Source of the DNA: a virus
Lineage: Duplodnaviria > Caudoviricetes
DNA: 47,364 bases
Virus record (IMG/VR): IMGVR_UViG_3300010376_000013
Location: 1-47,364 of that record
Direction: 5' to 3' (one strand)
Made by a program: the position numbers and the translations under genes. Positions 6,819-15,467 of the stretch are shown here, piece by piece. Below the pieces are notes generated by a model. The model saw only the letters and a list, made by a program, of their open reading frames with translations, ran no database searches and had not been told where the DNA came from. Every line of letters starts with the position of its first letter. Positions within the stretch are counted from its first letter, which is position 1.

Positions 6819-8334
6819 TTCGTTCTCCTTTTCTGTAGCGTTTGAGGGCGTCGAGCAGAGCGTTCTGCGTGCGCTTCTTGAAGTCGAGCGCGATCAGCTT
6901 CGCTTCGTCAACGGTGTTGCGGGCGATGATCATATGATTGACCACCGTCTTGTGCTGGCTTCCGCTGCGTACCAGTCGCCGCCATGTCTGCTCGAACAGC
7001 TCCAGGTCCCAGGTCAGCGTGTACCAGCACAGCGCGTCGCATGGACCTTCTTGCAGGTTCAATCCATGCGATATGCTTTGAGGCTGGCCGAGCATCCACG
7101 GCAAGTCGCCGCGCGTCCATGCCGCCAGCACCTCCTTTTCTCGCTTCATGCTTTGACCGCGGCCCATCCAGCCGCCATCCTTTCCAAGCCGTTTTATCAA
7201 TGCATCTGCCTCGTGGTTGAACCAATACAGCAGCAGCGTCGGCTTGCCCTGCCGCTGTTCTATAAGATCTTCCATGGCCGTCAACTTCTCGTCGTGAGCG
7301 ACGACCGTCTTGTTCCGCTTGGGGTCGGTGTAGATGGCCCCGCTGGCGATCTGCTCGCACTTCATCGACGCCGTTCCGGCCGACACCGCCGTCAGCGCCT
7401 TGCTGTCGAGAATCGTGAACATCTCTTCTTCCATTTCGTTGTACGCCTTCCGCGCCTTCGGCGGCAACTCTACCTGGATGTAGTTCGGCACCAGCGTCGG
7501 AAGCTCGAGATAATCCTTGGCGTCGAGCCGCATCGTGAACGGCTTCACTGCCTTGTAAATCTTCTGGTCTGCGCCGTCCTTCAGCCGGTACGAGTAACCG
7601 CCGAACCCGCACGGCTCGAAGAACGTCTTGCGATAGTGCGTGATGTATCGTCCCAGCGCGTAACCCTGATCGCAGATATAGATCTGGCCGAACAGATCCA
7701 TCAGTCCATTGGGCGCTGGCGTGCCGGTGAGTATCCAGCGCCGCCCGAACCGTCCGAGGAACGGCTTGAGGTAATGAAACCTCTGCGACGCCGTGTTCTT
7801 GAACTTCGTGCTCTCGTCGACGATCAGCGTATCGACGTCTAGAAGCTTGAATCTGTCCATCGTCGGCACATGGTCGATGTAGTCTACCACCTCCTTTGTC
7901 CCGTCTTCGTGCGTGACCAAGCGCGTCTTGCGCACCGGATTCGTGAGCAACCATTCCAGCCCCTCGGGGTTGATGAAATAGAAGTCCACGTCGTTGCGCA
8001 GCGCCTCGACCTTCTTGTTGCCGTGCAAGATGGCATATCGAAGATGCTCGAAGTCTTTCCACTTGGCGATTTCCGCCGGCCACGTCAGTTCAGCGACGCG
8101 CATCGGTGCGACGACCAGCGCCCGGTCTGCCACGCCGAATCTTTCCTTCAGCATCTTGAACGCGGCGAGGGCGATGCTTGTCTTCCGCATGCCGGGGTCG
8201 AGCAGCAGTCCCGCGCCCGCGTGTTCGATCAGGAACTTGGCCCCGCGCTTTTGAAACCCGGCTGGATTCCAAGGCCGCGCGGAGTATTCCAATGGCCCTG
8301 TCCGCCGTGTAGCAGACGTAGACTTGGTAGCCAT
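6799..8334 (-). CDS. SNF2-family helicase
   Basis: Motifs LDPGMRKT, IVDEST, ILTGTP, HGLNLQ and QTWRRLVRSG. Confidence 0.9.
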   Translation of the reverse strand: MATKSTSATRRTGPLEYSARPWNPAGFQKRGAKFLIEHAGAGLLLDPGMRKTSIALAAFKMLKERFGVADRALVVAPMRVAELTWPAEIAKWKDFEHLRYAILHGNKKVEALRNDVDFYFINPEGLEWLLTNPVRKTRLVTHEDGTKEVVDYIDHVPTMDRFKLLDVDTLIVDESTKFKNTASQRFHYLKPFLGRFGRRWILTGTPAPNGLMDLFGQIYICDQGYALGRYITHYRKTFFEPCGFGGYSYRLKDGADQKIYKAVKPFTMRLDAKDYLELPTLVPNYIQVELPPKARKAYNEMEEEMFTILDSKALTAVSAGTASMKCEQIASGAIYTDPKRNKTVVAHDEKLTAMEDLIEQRQGKPTLLLYWFNHEADALIKRLGKDGGWMGRGQSMKREKEVLAAWTRGDLPWMLGQPQSISHGLNLQEGPCDALCWYTLTWDLELFEQTWRRLVRSGSQHKTVVNHMIIARNTVDEAKLIALDFKKRTQNALLDALKRYRKGERSANIHS

Positions 8335-8542
8335 CTTCGGTTAGCTCCTCTATCAGTTGCGCTTGCATCGGCGTCGGCACCCGGTCGGGACGCTTGTACT
8401 CGATGAGTATAGGACGTCCCCCGGGGATGAAATACTGGCGGTCTGGCCAGTGATTATGACCTAGGCCATTCATCTTCCGATGCTTCACGCCATTGTCGTT
8501 TGACCATCGGTTCACCTTGTTCTCGATATTTGATTCGCGCAT
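8090..8542 (-). CDS. VRR-NUC endonuclease
   Basis: MRESNIE...WPDR...LIEYKRP...Q PD-(D/E)XK pattern; immediately upstream of SNF2 helicase. Confidence 0.8.
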   Translation of the reverse strand: MRESNIENKVNRWSNDNGVKHRKMNGLGHNHWPDRQYFIPGGRPILIEYKRPDRVPTPMQAQLIEELTEDGYQVYVCYTADRAIGILRAALESSRVSKARGQVPDRTRGRGTAARPRHAEDKHRPRRVQDAEGKIRRGRPGAGRRTDARR

Positions 8543-8651
8543 CGCGTTCCTCCTTTTTCAATACGTCGCGCAGCTCTCGCACCAGTGTGACGACGAGCAG
8601 CAACCAGAGTGCCGCGACGAGTCCGCCCAATATCCAGCTCAGTATTTGCAT
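8454..8651 (-). CDS. Small membrane protein
   Basis: MQILSWILGGLVAALWLLLVVTLV hydrophobic helix; overlaps the VRR-NUC start. Confidence 0.4.
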   Translation of the reverse strand: MQILSWILGGLVAALWLLLVVTLVRELRDVLKKEERDARIKYREQGEPMVKRQWREASEDEWPRS

Positions 8652-9373
8652 GGTCCACCTTTCTTCTTGGAGTAATCGCACCATTGACAATAGTATCCAG
8701 GCTTGGGCGTGAACTTGCGGTCGTTGAAAAACGGCTTCAGTTTCTTTTCCCAGACCTTTTTCATCATTTCGAGTTCGCGGCGCTCGAACACCACTGGTCC
8801 ATCTTTGGGGTAGACGATTCCCTCGTCGCTGTAGTAGAGCTGAGCCGATACGCCGACGACGGTCGGCATGCGCGCCAGTCCAGCCACCCCATACAGGTGA
8901 AGCTGTTCCTGATATTCTTCGTACTTCTCGAGACGGTATCTGCCGGTCTTGTTGTCGATGATGCGCAGCCAATCCTTCCGCTGTATCGACTCGATGTAGT
9001 TGATGTCGATCTTCACGCGCAGCCAGCAGCGGTTCCAGTCCGTCACGCCGCACGGTCGCCAGTCCTTGTCGAAACCCCAACTGTCCTCTACTGTCAACTG
9101 CTTCTCGCGCAGCGCCTTGTACTCCCGGCCGAGCGCGGCGATGTCCGACGGCAGGGTGCGCGTCTTCTTTTTCAGGTAGTTCTCGGTCACCTTGGCGACA
9201 CGTTCGCCGCGCGCCAGCGGGTTCTCTGGGAGCTTGCCCGAACGTTCGTCGTTCTCGCGTTGTATCATCTCGTCGGTGCGAACCTTCTCGAGATACTTGT
9301 ACTTCGCCTTGGCCGGACACATGTGATAATCGCTGTACCGGCTGAACGACCACGATGTAAACAGGAAAGTCAT
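8639..9373 (-). CDS. PD-(D/E)XK exonuclease (RecB/Cas4-like)
   Basis: SWSFSRY...CP N-terminus, KIDI...IIDNKTG, QLHLY and C-terminal CQWC...C cluster. Confidence 0.8.
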   Translation of the reverse strand: MTFLFTSWSFSRYSDYHMCPAKAKYKYLEKVRTDEMIQRENDERSGKLPENPLARGERVAKVTENYLKKKTRTLPSDIAALGREYKALREKQLTVEDSWGFDKDWRPCGVTDWNRCWLRVKIDINYIESIQRKDWLRIIDNKTGRYRLEKYEEYQEQLHLYGVAGLARMPTVVGVSAQLYYSDEGIVYPKDGPVVFERRELEMMKKVWEKKLKPFFNDRKFTPKPGYYCQWCDYSKKKGGPCKY

Positions 9374-9942
9374 GGTGCCTCCTTCTTTTGCGCGACGGCA
9401 TAGACGTGCATCGGCATGTCGCGGTGATGTATGGCCCCTTCCCCGTGGTCGTCGAGAACAAGATGTATGGCCTGCTCCGAATACTCCGTCTGTATTTCTG
9501 TAAACCCGGCGAACTCCAGCACCGTGCGCAAGCCACGCTGCGTGAACCGGAAGTAGTCGTGCGGATAGCCGTGCTCTGGAAAGGCGAACAACGTCGTGAC
9601 TATCAGCCAGCCGCCCGGCATCAATACCCGGTGCATTTCTTTCGCTGCCATCCATGGATCGACAAGGTGTTCCATTACCTCGCTGCACAGCACTCCGGTA
9701 AACCGGTCTTCCCAAGACATCGGCAGACAGGCTACGTCGTGGACCTCGTCCACATTCTCGCCGTGCTGCATGTCGATTCCGAGCCAGTGGCCCGTGGCTA
9801 GATCACGATTATTGATCCACCATGCGTTCGCCACGTCGGCCCGCGAGCCAACCTCCAGAACATTGTCGCCAAGGTGATGAGCCCACCGCTCGATCCACCA
9901 CCGCACTCGTCCGCGTACACTAGTCATAGGCATCCTATTCAT
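9370..9942 (-). CDS. Class I SAM-dependent methyltransferase (type 11-like)
   Basis: Motifs VLEVGS, GIDM, CSEVMEHL, RVLMPGGWL and HGYPHDYFRFT. Confidence 0.85.
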   Translation of the reverse strand: MNRMPMTSVRGRVRWWIERWAHHLGDNVLEVGSRADVANAWWINNRDLATGHWLGIDMQHGENVDEVHDVACLPMSWEDRFTGVLCSEVMEHLVDPWMAAKEMHRVLMPGGWLIVTTLFAFPEHGYPHDYFRFTQRGLRTVLEFAGFTEIQTEYSEQAIHLVLDDHGEGAIHHRDMPMHVYAVAQKKEAP

Positions 9943-11765
9943 TTGCATTCCGCCCAATTCGCGCCGACGCTGCCATCCGAAATCATTGGCACGTCGATCT
10001 TGATGTCAGCCATCGCCAAGTTCAGTATTTTCATTTCGGCATTCGCATACTTCTTTGGCACCGATATGTTGATCTCGTCATGCACCGTGACCAGGAAGCG
10101 ACCATGCTGGCGCGCGGCGTCGTAATTGATAATCGCCTGCTTCGTCATGTCGGCGGCGCTGCCCTGCGCCAAGTAGTTCAGGAGCTTGTACTCGAACGTG
10201 ACCGTCCGGCCGTCGATCTTTATCGGCTCCTCGCAGTAGTAGAGGCGACCGCCGAGCGTGCGTATCGGTTCCCCGTGGCGCGCGGCTTCCTTTATGCCGT
10301 CGTCCAGCGCCTTGACTCCTGGCAGCGCCCGACGCTGCGCCGCGCGGAGCTGCTTGACCTCCTGCACCGGCGACCCTATCTGCTCTGCCAGCGTGCCGAT
10401 GCCCTCGCCGTACAGCATGCCGAAGTTGATAATCTTGACGATGCGCCGCTCAAACTCGTAGCCGGTCAAGTCGGCAATCAAGTCTGCGACAAAGGCGTGC
10501 ATGTCGAGCTTCGGATTCTCGTTGTACGCCCGCATCAACTTGTCGTCCTCGAAGTGCGCAACGATCCGGAACTCCTGCTGGTTGTAGTCCCTGCGGGCGA
10601 ACAGATCGCCGTCCTTGTCGGGCAGCGCATAGCGCCGTATCAACGGCAGCGGCGGCGTTTCCAGATGCTTGGGGTGGACGTATCCATCCGCCTTGTCGTA
10701 CCAATCCTTAGGCAGATTCTGGAAGTTCGGGTTGCACGTCAATCGCCCGCTTCGCGCGCCCTTGCCCGAATCGGAGTTGCGTACCTGATTCCAGTTCGTG
10801 TGTATTCGTTCGTCCGCCCCCGCCATTTCCATCCAGGGGACCATGAACGTGCCGAGGCATGTCGTCAGCCGGTTTCTGTATCCGAGTGCCGCCGCCACCT
10901 GCTTGTTGCGGAACATGTCCGTCGTCAGATTCTTCTTGCTGGTGCTGCGCTTGCCGGTCTTGGTCATGTTCCACGACGTGACGATGCCCGCCCGGTGCAG
11001 CGCCTCGGCAAGCTGATCGTTGCTGTCGATGTTCAGCTCCGGCGACTTCAGTTTCTTGCGCAGCCAAGCGTCGGCGCAGTTCAGCGCGCTGGTGTAACGC
11101 TTGATGTCGCGGCGCAGCTTGTCTACGTCGATGCGGATGCCCTCGCGCTCGTTGCGGAGCAATATCGGCATGAGCTGGCGCTCGCGGTTGTATGGTTCTA
11201 GCATCTGCGCCGACTCGATCTTTGGATACAGAAGCTTGAACAGCTTGAGCGTGCGTACCACGTCGCCCTTGGCGTAGGTGCCGACCAGCTTTCCCGGCGC
11301 TTCGGATATGTGCGCGCCCCATTGACTGTCGTTGGCGCGGACGATGCGATGCTCGATGAGCCAATCGCGCACGGCTTCCTGCTCTTCGGGCGGCATGTCC
11401 AAGTACCGCTCCGCGCTCGGCTTCAACGACAGATTCCTGGCGTGGGGGTCGTTCAGGAACAGCAGGAACAGCGTGTCGTGAATTTCATTCCACGGTTTCT
11501 CTTTCATGTCCATGTGCGTCGTGCCGACGTCATAGTCGAACTTGCCGTGGTGGAACAGCACGTCGCCCTTCCATGCATCCTTCAGCTCCGCCTTCGCCTG
11601 CGCCAGCGTGCAGTTGTTCCCCGTGGGGTGGCCCCACGCCAGATAGTGCGGGGCGCGTTCATTCGCCCGCTGGATTGATACGCCGACCGGCACTGGCGGA
11701 TACTCCGGCCGGCGTTTGATTGCCTTCGTCTCGAAGTCGATTGTATTGACCCTTGGTGTGCTCAT
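9939..11765 (-). CDS. DNA polymerase, family A, with 3'-5' exonuclease
   Basis: Exo I IDFET; motif A DYNQQEFR; motif B RRIVKIINFGMLYG (Phe at the 762-equivalent position); motif C VHDE. Confidence 0.95.
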   Translation of the reverse strand: MSTPRVNTIDFETKAIKRRPEYPPVPVGVSIQRANERAPHYLAWGHPTGNNCTLAQAKAELKDAWKGDVLFHHGKFDYDVGTTHMDMKEKPWNEIHDTLFLLFLNDPHARNLSLKPSAERYLDMPPEEQEAVRDWLIEHRIVRANDSQWGAHISEAPGKLVGTYAKGDVVRTLKLFKLLYPKIESAQMLEPYNRERQLMPILLRNEREGIRIDVDKLRRDIKRYTSALNCADAWLRKKLKSPELNIDSNDQLAEALHRAGIVTSWNMTKTGKRSTSKKNLTTDMFRNKQVAAALGYRNRLTTCLGTFMVPWMEMAGADERIHTNWNQVRNSDSGKGARSGRLTCNPNFQNLPKDWYDKADGYVHPKHLETPPLPLIRRYALPDKDGDLFARRDYNQQEFRIVAHFEDDKLMRAYNENPKLDMHAFVADLIADLTGYEFERRIVKIINFGMLYGEGIGTLAEQIGSPVQEVKQLRAAQRRALPGVKALDDGIKEAARHGEPIRTLGGRLYYCEEPIKIDGRTVTFEYKLLNYLAQGSAADMTKQAIINYDAARQHGRFLVTVHDEINISVPKKYANAEMKILNLAMADIKIDVPMISDGSVGANWAECK

Positions 11766-11766
11766 G

Positions 11767-12015
11767 TCATTTGGCCTCGAAGCCATCTTTGAAAATGTGG
11801 GTCGCACAGGCGTCCGACACGACCCGGAGGCGCGAAAGGTTCTGCGCGTCCCAGGTCAGGTCGGTGCCCATGCGCGCGTGCGGACATTCGGTGTCGTCCA
11901 CATACAGCGTCTGGCTACTGTCGTAGCGCACGGTGTTGAACGGCTGCCCGAGATCATTGGCAGTGTAATGACCGGTCGCGCCGAACAACAGTGGAACCAA
12001 CAGCAGTGTCCTCAT
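11767..12015 (-). CDS. Small secreted protein with C-terminal IFKDGFE motif
   Basis: MRTLLLVPLLFGA signal-peptide-like start; two Cys; ends HIFKDGFEAK. Confidence 0.6.
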   Translation of the reverse strand: MRTLLLVPLLFGATGHYTANDLGQPFNTVRYDSSQTLYVDDTECPHARMGTDLTWDAQNLSRLRVVSDACATHIFKDGFEAK

Positions 12016-12218
12016 GGTATGGCCCTCAAGAAGTTTCGGAACTCTTCGCAGTCTTGCTCTGCCGTGGTTCGCGCCATCCCAGGCGCGTCGTTCAGAGTCT
12101 GCACGGTCTTGATATGAAAGTCGGCCAGCTTGTCGTTCTTTCCGCGGTGGCGCATTACCTCGCGCCAATGCCACATCCGCAGAATGCGCAGGTCGATATG
12201 AAACGACGATCTTTTCAT
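12012..12218 (-). CDS. Hypothetical protein
   Basis: ATGA-coupled on both sides. Confidence 0.6.
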   Translation of the reverse strand: MKRSSFHIDLRILRMWHWREVMRHRGKNDKLADFHIKTVQTLNDAPGMARTTAEQDCEEFRNFLRAIP

Positions 12219-12487
12219 ACGAGTATATCCTTGGTCTTTGGCGAATCGGGAACACGAACTCCATCGTCTGCTGCGTCCTTGGCCGACGGCCACCAGTCGA
12301 ACGTCACCGACCCGTTCGGATTATGGTTGACGCGCAGCACGCCGGTCTTGACACCATTGAATTGCAGGTGCCCATTGACCGGGATGCTGTGCCGCCGCAG
12401 TTCATCGCAAATGAAATGCTCGAGACGCTGCGGCAGCACGTTTTCCATCTGCTCTTTGGCTATCGTCACCGTTCTACGCCTAGCCAT
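12215..12487 (-). CDS. Hypothetical protein
   Basis: AGGAG RBS; tightly packed with neighbours. Confidence 0.6.
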   Translation of the reverse strand: MARRRTVTIAKEQMENVLPQRLEHFICDELRRHSIPVNGHLQFNGVKTGVLRVNHNPNGSVTFDWWPSAKDAADDGVRVPDSPKTKDILV

Positions 12488-12692
12488 GACTCACTCCTTT
12501 CTCGCGAAACAGTTCACGGCGTTCGCGCAGCGCCCGCACAAGATTGTAGCGACCGTAGATACGATCGAGGAACCGTGTGCGACGTTGACCAGCCTGCTCC
12601 TTGTTAATCAGCTTGAACAGTTCGTCCTCGCTGAGGTTGGGCAGGGCTTCGTTCAGCGTGCGCCACGTTGCCAACACAGTGTTAGCGTCCAT
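12480..12692 (-). CDS. Hypothetical protein
   Basis: GGAGG RBS; WRTLNEALPNLSEDELFKLI. Confidence 0.65.
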   Translation of the reverse strand: MDANTVLATWRTLNEALPNLSEDELFKLINKEQAGQRRTRFLDRIYGRYNLVRALRERRELFREKGVSHG

Positions 12693-12861
12693 GATTTAGT
12701 ATCCTCCGAAAGATTTTCTTGCCTTTGCGCATCTGCCGGGCCGAGGTATCACCCTGCCTGCGGATTTTGCGCTCGAAGTTCTTTTGCTTCAGCCTCAGCG
12801 CTGCCGGCTTCCACTGCGGACCCGGCTTCGCCTTCAGCTTCTTCCATTCTTCACTATTCAT
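12682..12861 (-). CDS. Small basic hypothetical protein (59 aa, not in ORF track)
   Basis: Manual translation MNSEEWKKLKAKPGPQW...; strong GGAGG RBS. Confidence 0.6.
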   Translation of the reverse strand: MNSEEWKKLKAKPGPQWKPAALRLKQKNFERKIRRQGDTSARQMRKGKKIFRRILNHGR

Positions 12862-12876
12862 ATTTCCTCCAGGGTT

Positions 12877-12893
12877 GGGGCCGTCCTTGGCCC
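12877..12893 (-). promoter_or_regulatory. GGA-loop hairpin, putative CsrA/RsmA site
   Basis: Minus strand GGGCCAAGGACGGCCCC, 4 nt before CTGGAGG (RBS); identical to 21793-21809. Confidence 0.6.
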
Positions 12894-12903
12894 AGTTATG
12901 GTT

Positions 12904-13698
12904 TCAACGGCGCTTCGCTGTCTTCTTGCCGAGTGCCTTGGCCGGCTTCTTCGGCTTCGCCGCCGGTGCCGCGCCTTCCATGAATGGGGCGAACAGCGCA
13001 GCGTGAACTTCCGCCGAATCGGCCTTCTGCAAAAGATCGCCGATCTGCTCGTCGTCGATCTCGCGCACGGCCTTGAACTTCATCACCCATTGCGCGTTGC
13101 TCCGCTTGTTGGTGTTCGGCACCAGCGAGATCTCGGACACCACCCCAAGGGGCGGACGTTTCAAGGTCTCGGCAATGTCGGTCGTGAACTTCGCGTAGTC
13201 GCGCACGCTCGTCACGGGGACCAGGAGCTGGGCCACCTGCGCATCGCTGATCCCCGATTCGAGTGAGTCCTCGGTAATCAACGCCAGCCGCCGGCGGTTC
13301 TGGCACGCCTTGCCGCGCCCCTTGTCCGCCGTGCCGAACACGTTCTGGGGACAACCCTGACACGTCTCGTGCTGCTTCTCGGTGGACTTCTCGTGCGGAG
13401 CCATGCCCTTCTCGGTCTCGGCTTGCATCGCGTAGCACACGGGACTGCTTGGATTGTCCGGGTCAAAGCCCTCCGTGTAGTACGTGTTCAGGAACACTGA
13501 ACCCAGGATGATGGCATTCAGCTTGTTGCCCGGTATCACGTTGTCGTGGTAGCTGAGTATGCCGCCCTTCGTGGAGATACTGTTCCCCGCGCCGAGCGAG
13601 TTTTCCTCCATCTTCTTGGCGACCTCGGCACGCTTGGCAAGTTCCTCGTCCCACTTGGTCATTGCCTTGCCCTTTGCTGCTGGCTTTTTCGTAGCCAT
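12904..13698 (-). CDS. Putative ssDNA-binding/replication protein with Cys cluster
   Basis: PVCYA...CQGCPQNVFG...GKACQNRRRLA; lies in the replication module. Confidence 0.5.
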   Translation of the reverse strand: MATKKPAAKGKAMTKWDEELAKRAEVAKKMEENSLGAGNSISTKGGILSYHDNVIPGNKLNAIILGSVFLNTYYTEGFDPDNPSSPVCYAMQAETEKGMAPHEKSTEKQHETCQGCPQNVFGTADKGRGKACQNRRRLALITEDSLESGISDAQVAQLLVPVTSVRDYAKFTTDIAETLKRPPLGVVSEISLVPNTNKRSNAQWVMKFKAVREIDDEQIGDLLQKADSAEVHAALFAPFMEGAAPAAKPKKPAKALGKKTAKRR

Positions 13699-13707
13699 GA
13701 TGTACTC

Positions 13708-13899
13708 CTAATAGATGCGGATGTAGCGAACTTCGAGGCCGTCGAAGAGCGGGGCGTCTGTGTTCACCGTCCCGGGGTGCGCCGACCCCCAGGACGCCAG
13801 TGCTTCTTTGATGTACGCGACGAGAGCGTCGTTGGTCACGTTCTCGCTGCGCACGGCAATGTTGATCTGCACCATGTAGCGAAGTTGCTGTTCTTTCAT
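13708..13899 (-). CDS. Hypothetical protein
   Basis: GAGGAG RBS. Confidence 0.6.
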   Translation of the reverse strand: MKEQQLRYMVQINIAVRSENVTNDALVAYIKEALASWGSAHPGTVNTDAPLFDGLEVRYIRIY

Positions 13900-13909
13900 C
13901 GAACGCTCC

Positions 13910-14671
13910 TCATAGCCTGATTATCTTGCTGCGCCCTCTGGCAAGCTGCTCCAGCAATTCTTCCAGCGGCGCGCCCTCGCCGTCGCCGTCGTTGCACGAA
14001 TCGCTCGCGTAGGCGTAGTGATGGTGAAGTCTTGGTTCCTTCTCGTTCCAGGCGCACGGCGTGTCCGGGCTGTGAATCTGTACGACGCCTATGTGCAGCG
14101 CGCGACGACCCTTGTCCAGATTGAACACGTTGCCAAGCTCCTTGTCGTTCATGTCGAACGCTGCGGGGATCGCCAAGTCCGCACTGTCGCTGAGCACGAC
14201 GCCGACGCACGCCATGTAGAAGTTGTTCTCCTCTGCCTTGTTGAGCCAGACACGGCAGCGCGCCCGTGAAGGCATCTTGTAGCTGTGCTCCACTTCTGCC
14301 TCGGTTGCCAGACTGTCGTTGTTGTCGAGCAGTCCCGGCTTGTTCGCATGAGTTACGTAGGCGTGCGCTTCATGCCCGGTGACGACGACCGGCCCGGTCT
14401 TCGGCCACAGTTCCTTCTTCGATGGGCGCAGCATCGAGATCGTCGTTGGGGTGATCGTTGCCAGTTCCAGCAGGCAGCGACCGTCGTTCTGTACCTGTGT
14501 CTTGATCGACAGGAGCTTCGATATGAAGACCTGCATCGGGCGCGTTGGACGAATGATGCACGGCATCGGCGACCAGACCGATCCTGGCTTGCCTACTCCA
14601 ACGAACCCTGCGGCGATATGACCATCGACGCGCTCGGCTTGAACTTCCGGCTTGAAGTACATGGTTTCCAT
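13910..14671 (-). CDS. Hypothetical protein
   Basis: TAATG-coupled to the upstream gene; 253 aa; no motif recognised. Confidence 0.65.
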   Translation of the reverse strand: METMYFKPEVQAERVDGHIAAGFVGVGKPGSVWSPMPCIIRPTRPMQVFISKLLSIKTQVQNDGRCLLELATITPTTISMLRPSKKELWPKTGPVVVTGHEAHAYVTHANKPGLLDNNDSLATEAEVEHSYKMPSRARCRVWLNKAEENNFYMACVGVVLSDSADLAIPAAFDMNDKELGNVFNLDKGRRALHIGVVQIHSPDTPCAWNEKEPRLHHHYAYASDSCNDGDGEGAPLEELLEQLARGRSKIIRL

Positions 14672-15066
14672 TAGCTTGTCCTCTTTGTTTTGACGGTGTG
14701 AAGGCTGAGTGTGACTGCGTAGTGTTTTCCGACGCCGGGAACGTCCTTGCCCGCGTTCCAGCGTTCGCGCACGGCGGCGGCGTTGAGGGTCTGCGTCACC
14801 AAGTCCTCGTTGCCCTTGCGCTTCGCTGCCTTGAAAAAGGCATCGCGGTCTTCCATCATCGGTATTTCCTTCGTCACGATCTCGACGCGGGCGACCTTGC
14901 CCGATATGCCGCCGATCTTGCTCTTCGGCAGATTGTTGATCAGATGCTCGCGCAACTGACGTTCGTCGTTCTGTACCTTCTGCGCCTCCTTCTCAATGGC
15001 GAGCCTCTTGTCCCGTACCGTCTTGTACAGGTCGGCGACCGCCGCTAGGTTCCTGGGAATTTTCAT
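14671..15066 (-). CDS. Hypothetical coiled-coil phage protein
   Basis: AAGGAG RBS; N-terminal coiled coil; C-terminal VPGV motif. Confidence 0.7.
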   Translation of the reverse strand: MKIPRNLAAVADLYKTVRDKRLAIEKEAQKVQNDERQLREHLINNLPKSKIGGISGKVARVEIVTKEIPMMEDRDAFFKAAKRKGNEDLVTQTLNAAAVRERWNAGKDVPGVGKHYAVTLSLHTVKTKRTS

Positions 15067-15070
15067 GGCA

Positions 15071-15256
15071 TCACTCCTTTACCGTGCCGTCCTTTGTTAC
15101 CTTGGCAACGTTTTCCCATTGCATCACGTACACGGTGGCCTCAAGTTTCTTGGCCTTTTCCTTCGCCTGCTTGATGGCGCGATCGTAGTCGTCGCTGAAT
15201 CCAACGACTTCGCCGCATGCTTCAAGCCGGTACTGCCAGTCATGTCGCTTGGTCAC
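15071..15256 (-). CDS. Hypothetical protein
   Basis: GGAGG RBS, GTG start. Confidence 0.6.
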   Translation of the reverse strand: MTKRHDWQYRLEACGEVVGFSDDYDRAIKQAKEKAKKLEATVYVMQWENVAKVTKDGTVKE

Positions 15257-15467
15257 GTAACGCCTCCTTCAGCTTGCGCCGATAGTGAATATGGATAAGG
15301 CCTGACCAGAACAGTCCTGTGCTGACACCAGAGATCACGCCCCACGCGACGACGAACGTCGCGCAGTACCATTGATAATCTTCTGGTATCACGAACGCCA
15401 GCAGCGCCCAAGCTGCCGTGAGCATCCCTGCTCCGATGCAAACGATGGCAATAGCTACAAGTCTCAC
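15240..15467 (-). CDS. Small membrane protein with two transmembrane helices
   Basis: Two hydrophobic segments and a basic C-terminus. Confidence 0.6.
   Translation of the reverse strand: MRLVAIAIVCIGAGMLTAAWALLAFVIPEDYQWYCATFVVAWGVISGVSTGLFWSGLIHIHYRRKLKEALRDQAT

Noticed and set aside
8639-9373. Cas4-like nuclease as evidence of CRISPR-Cas
   Set aside because: Standalone phage exonuclease in a replication module; no array or other cas genes
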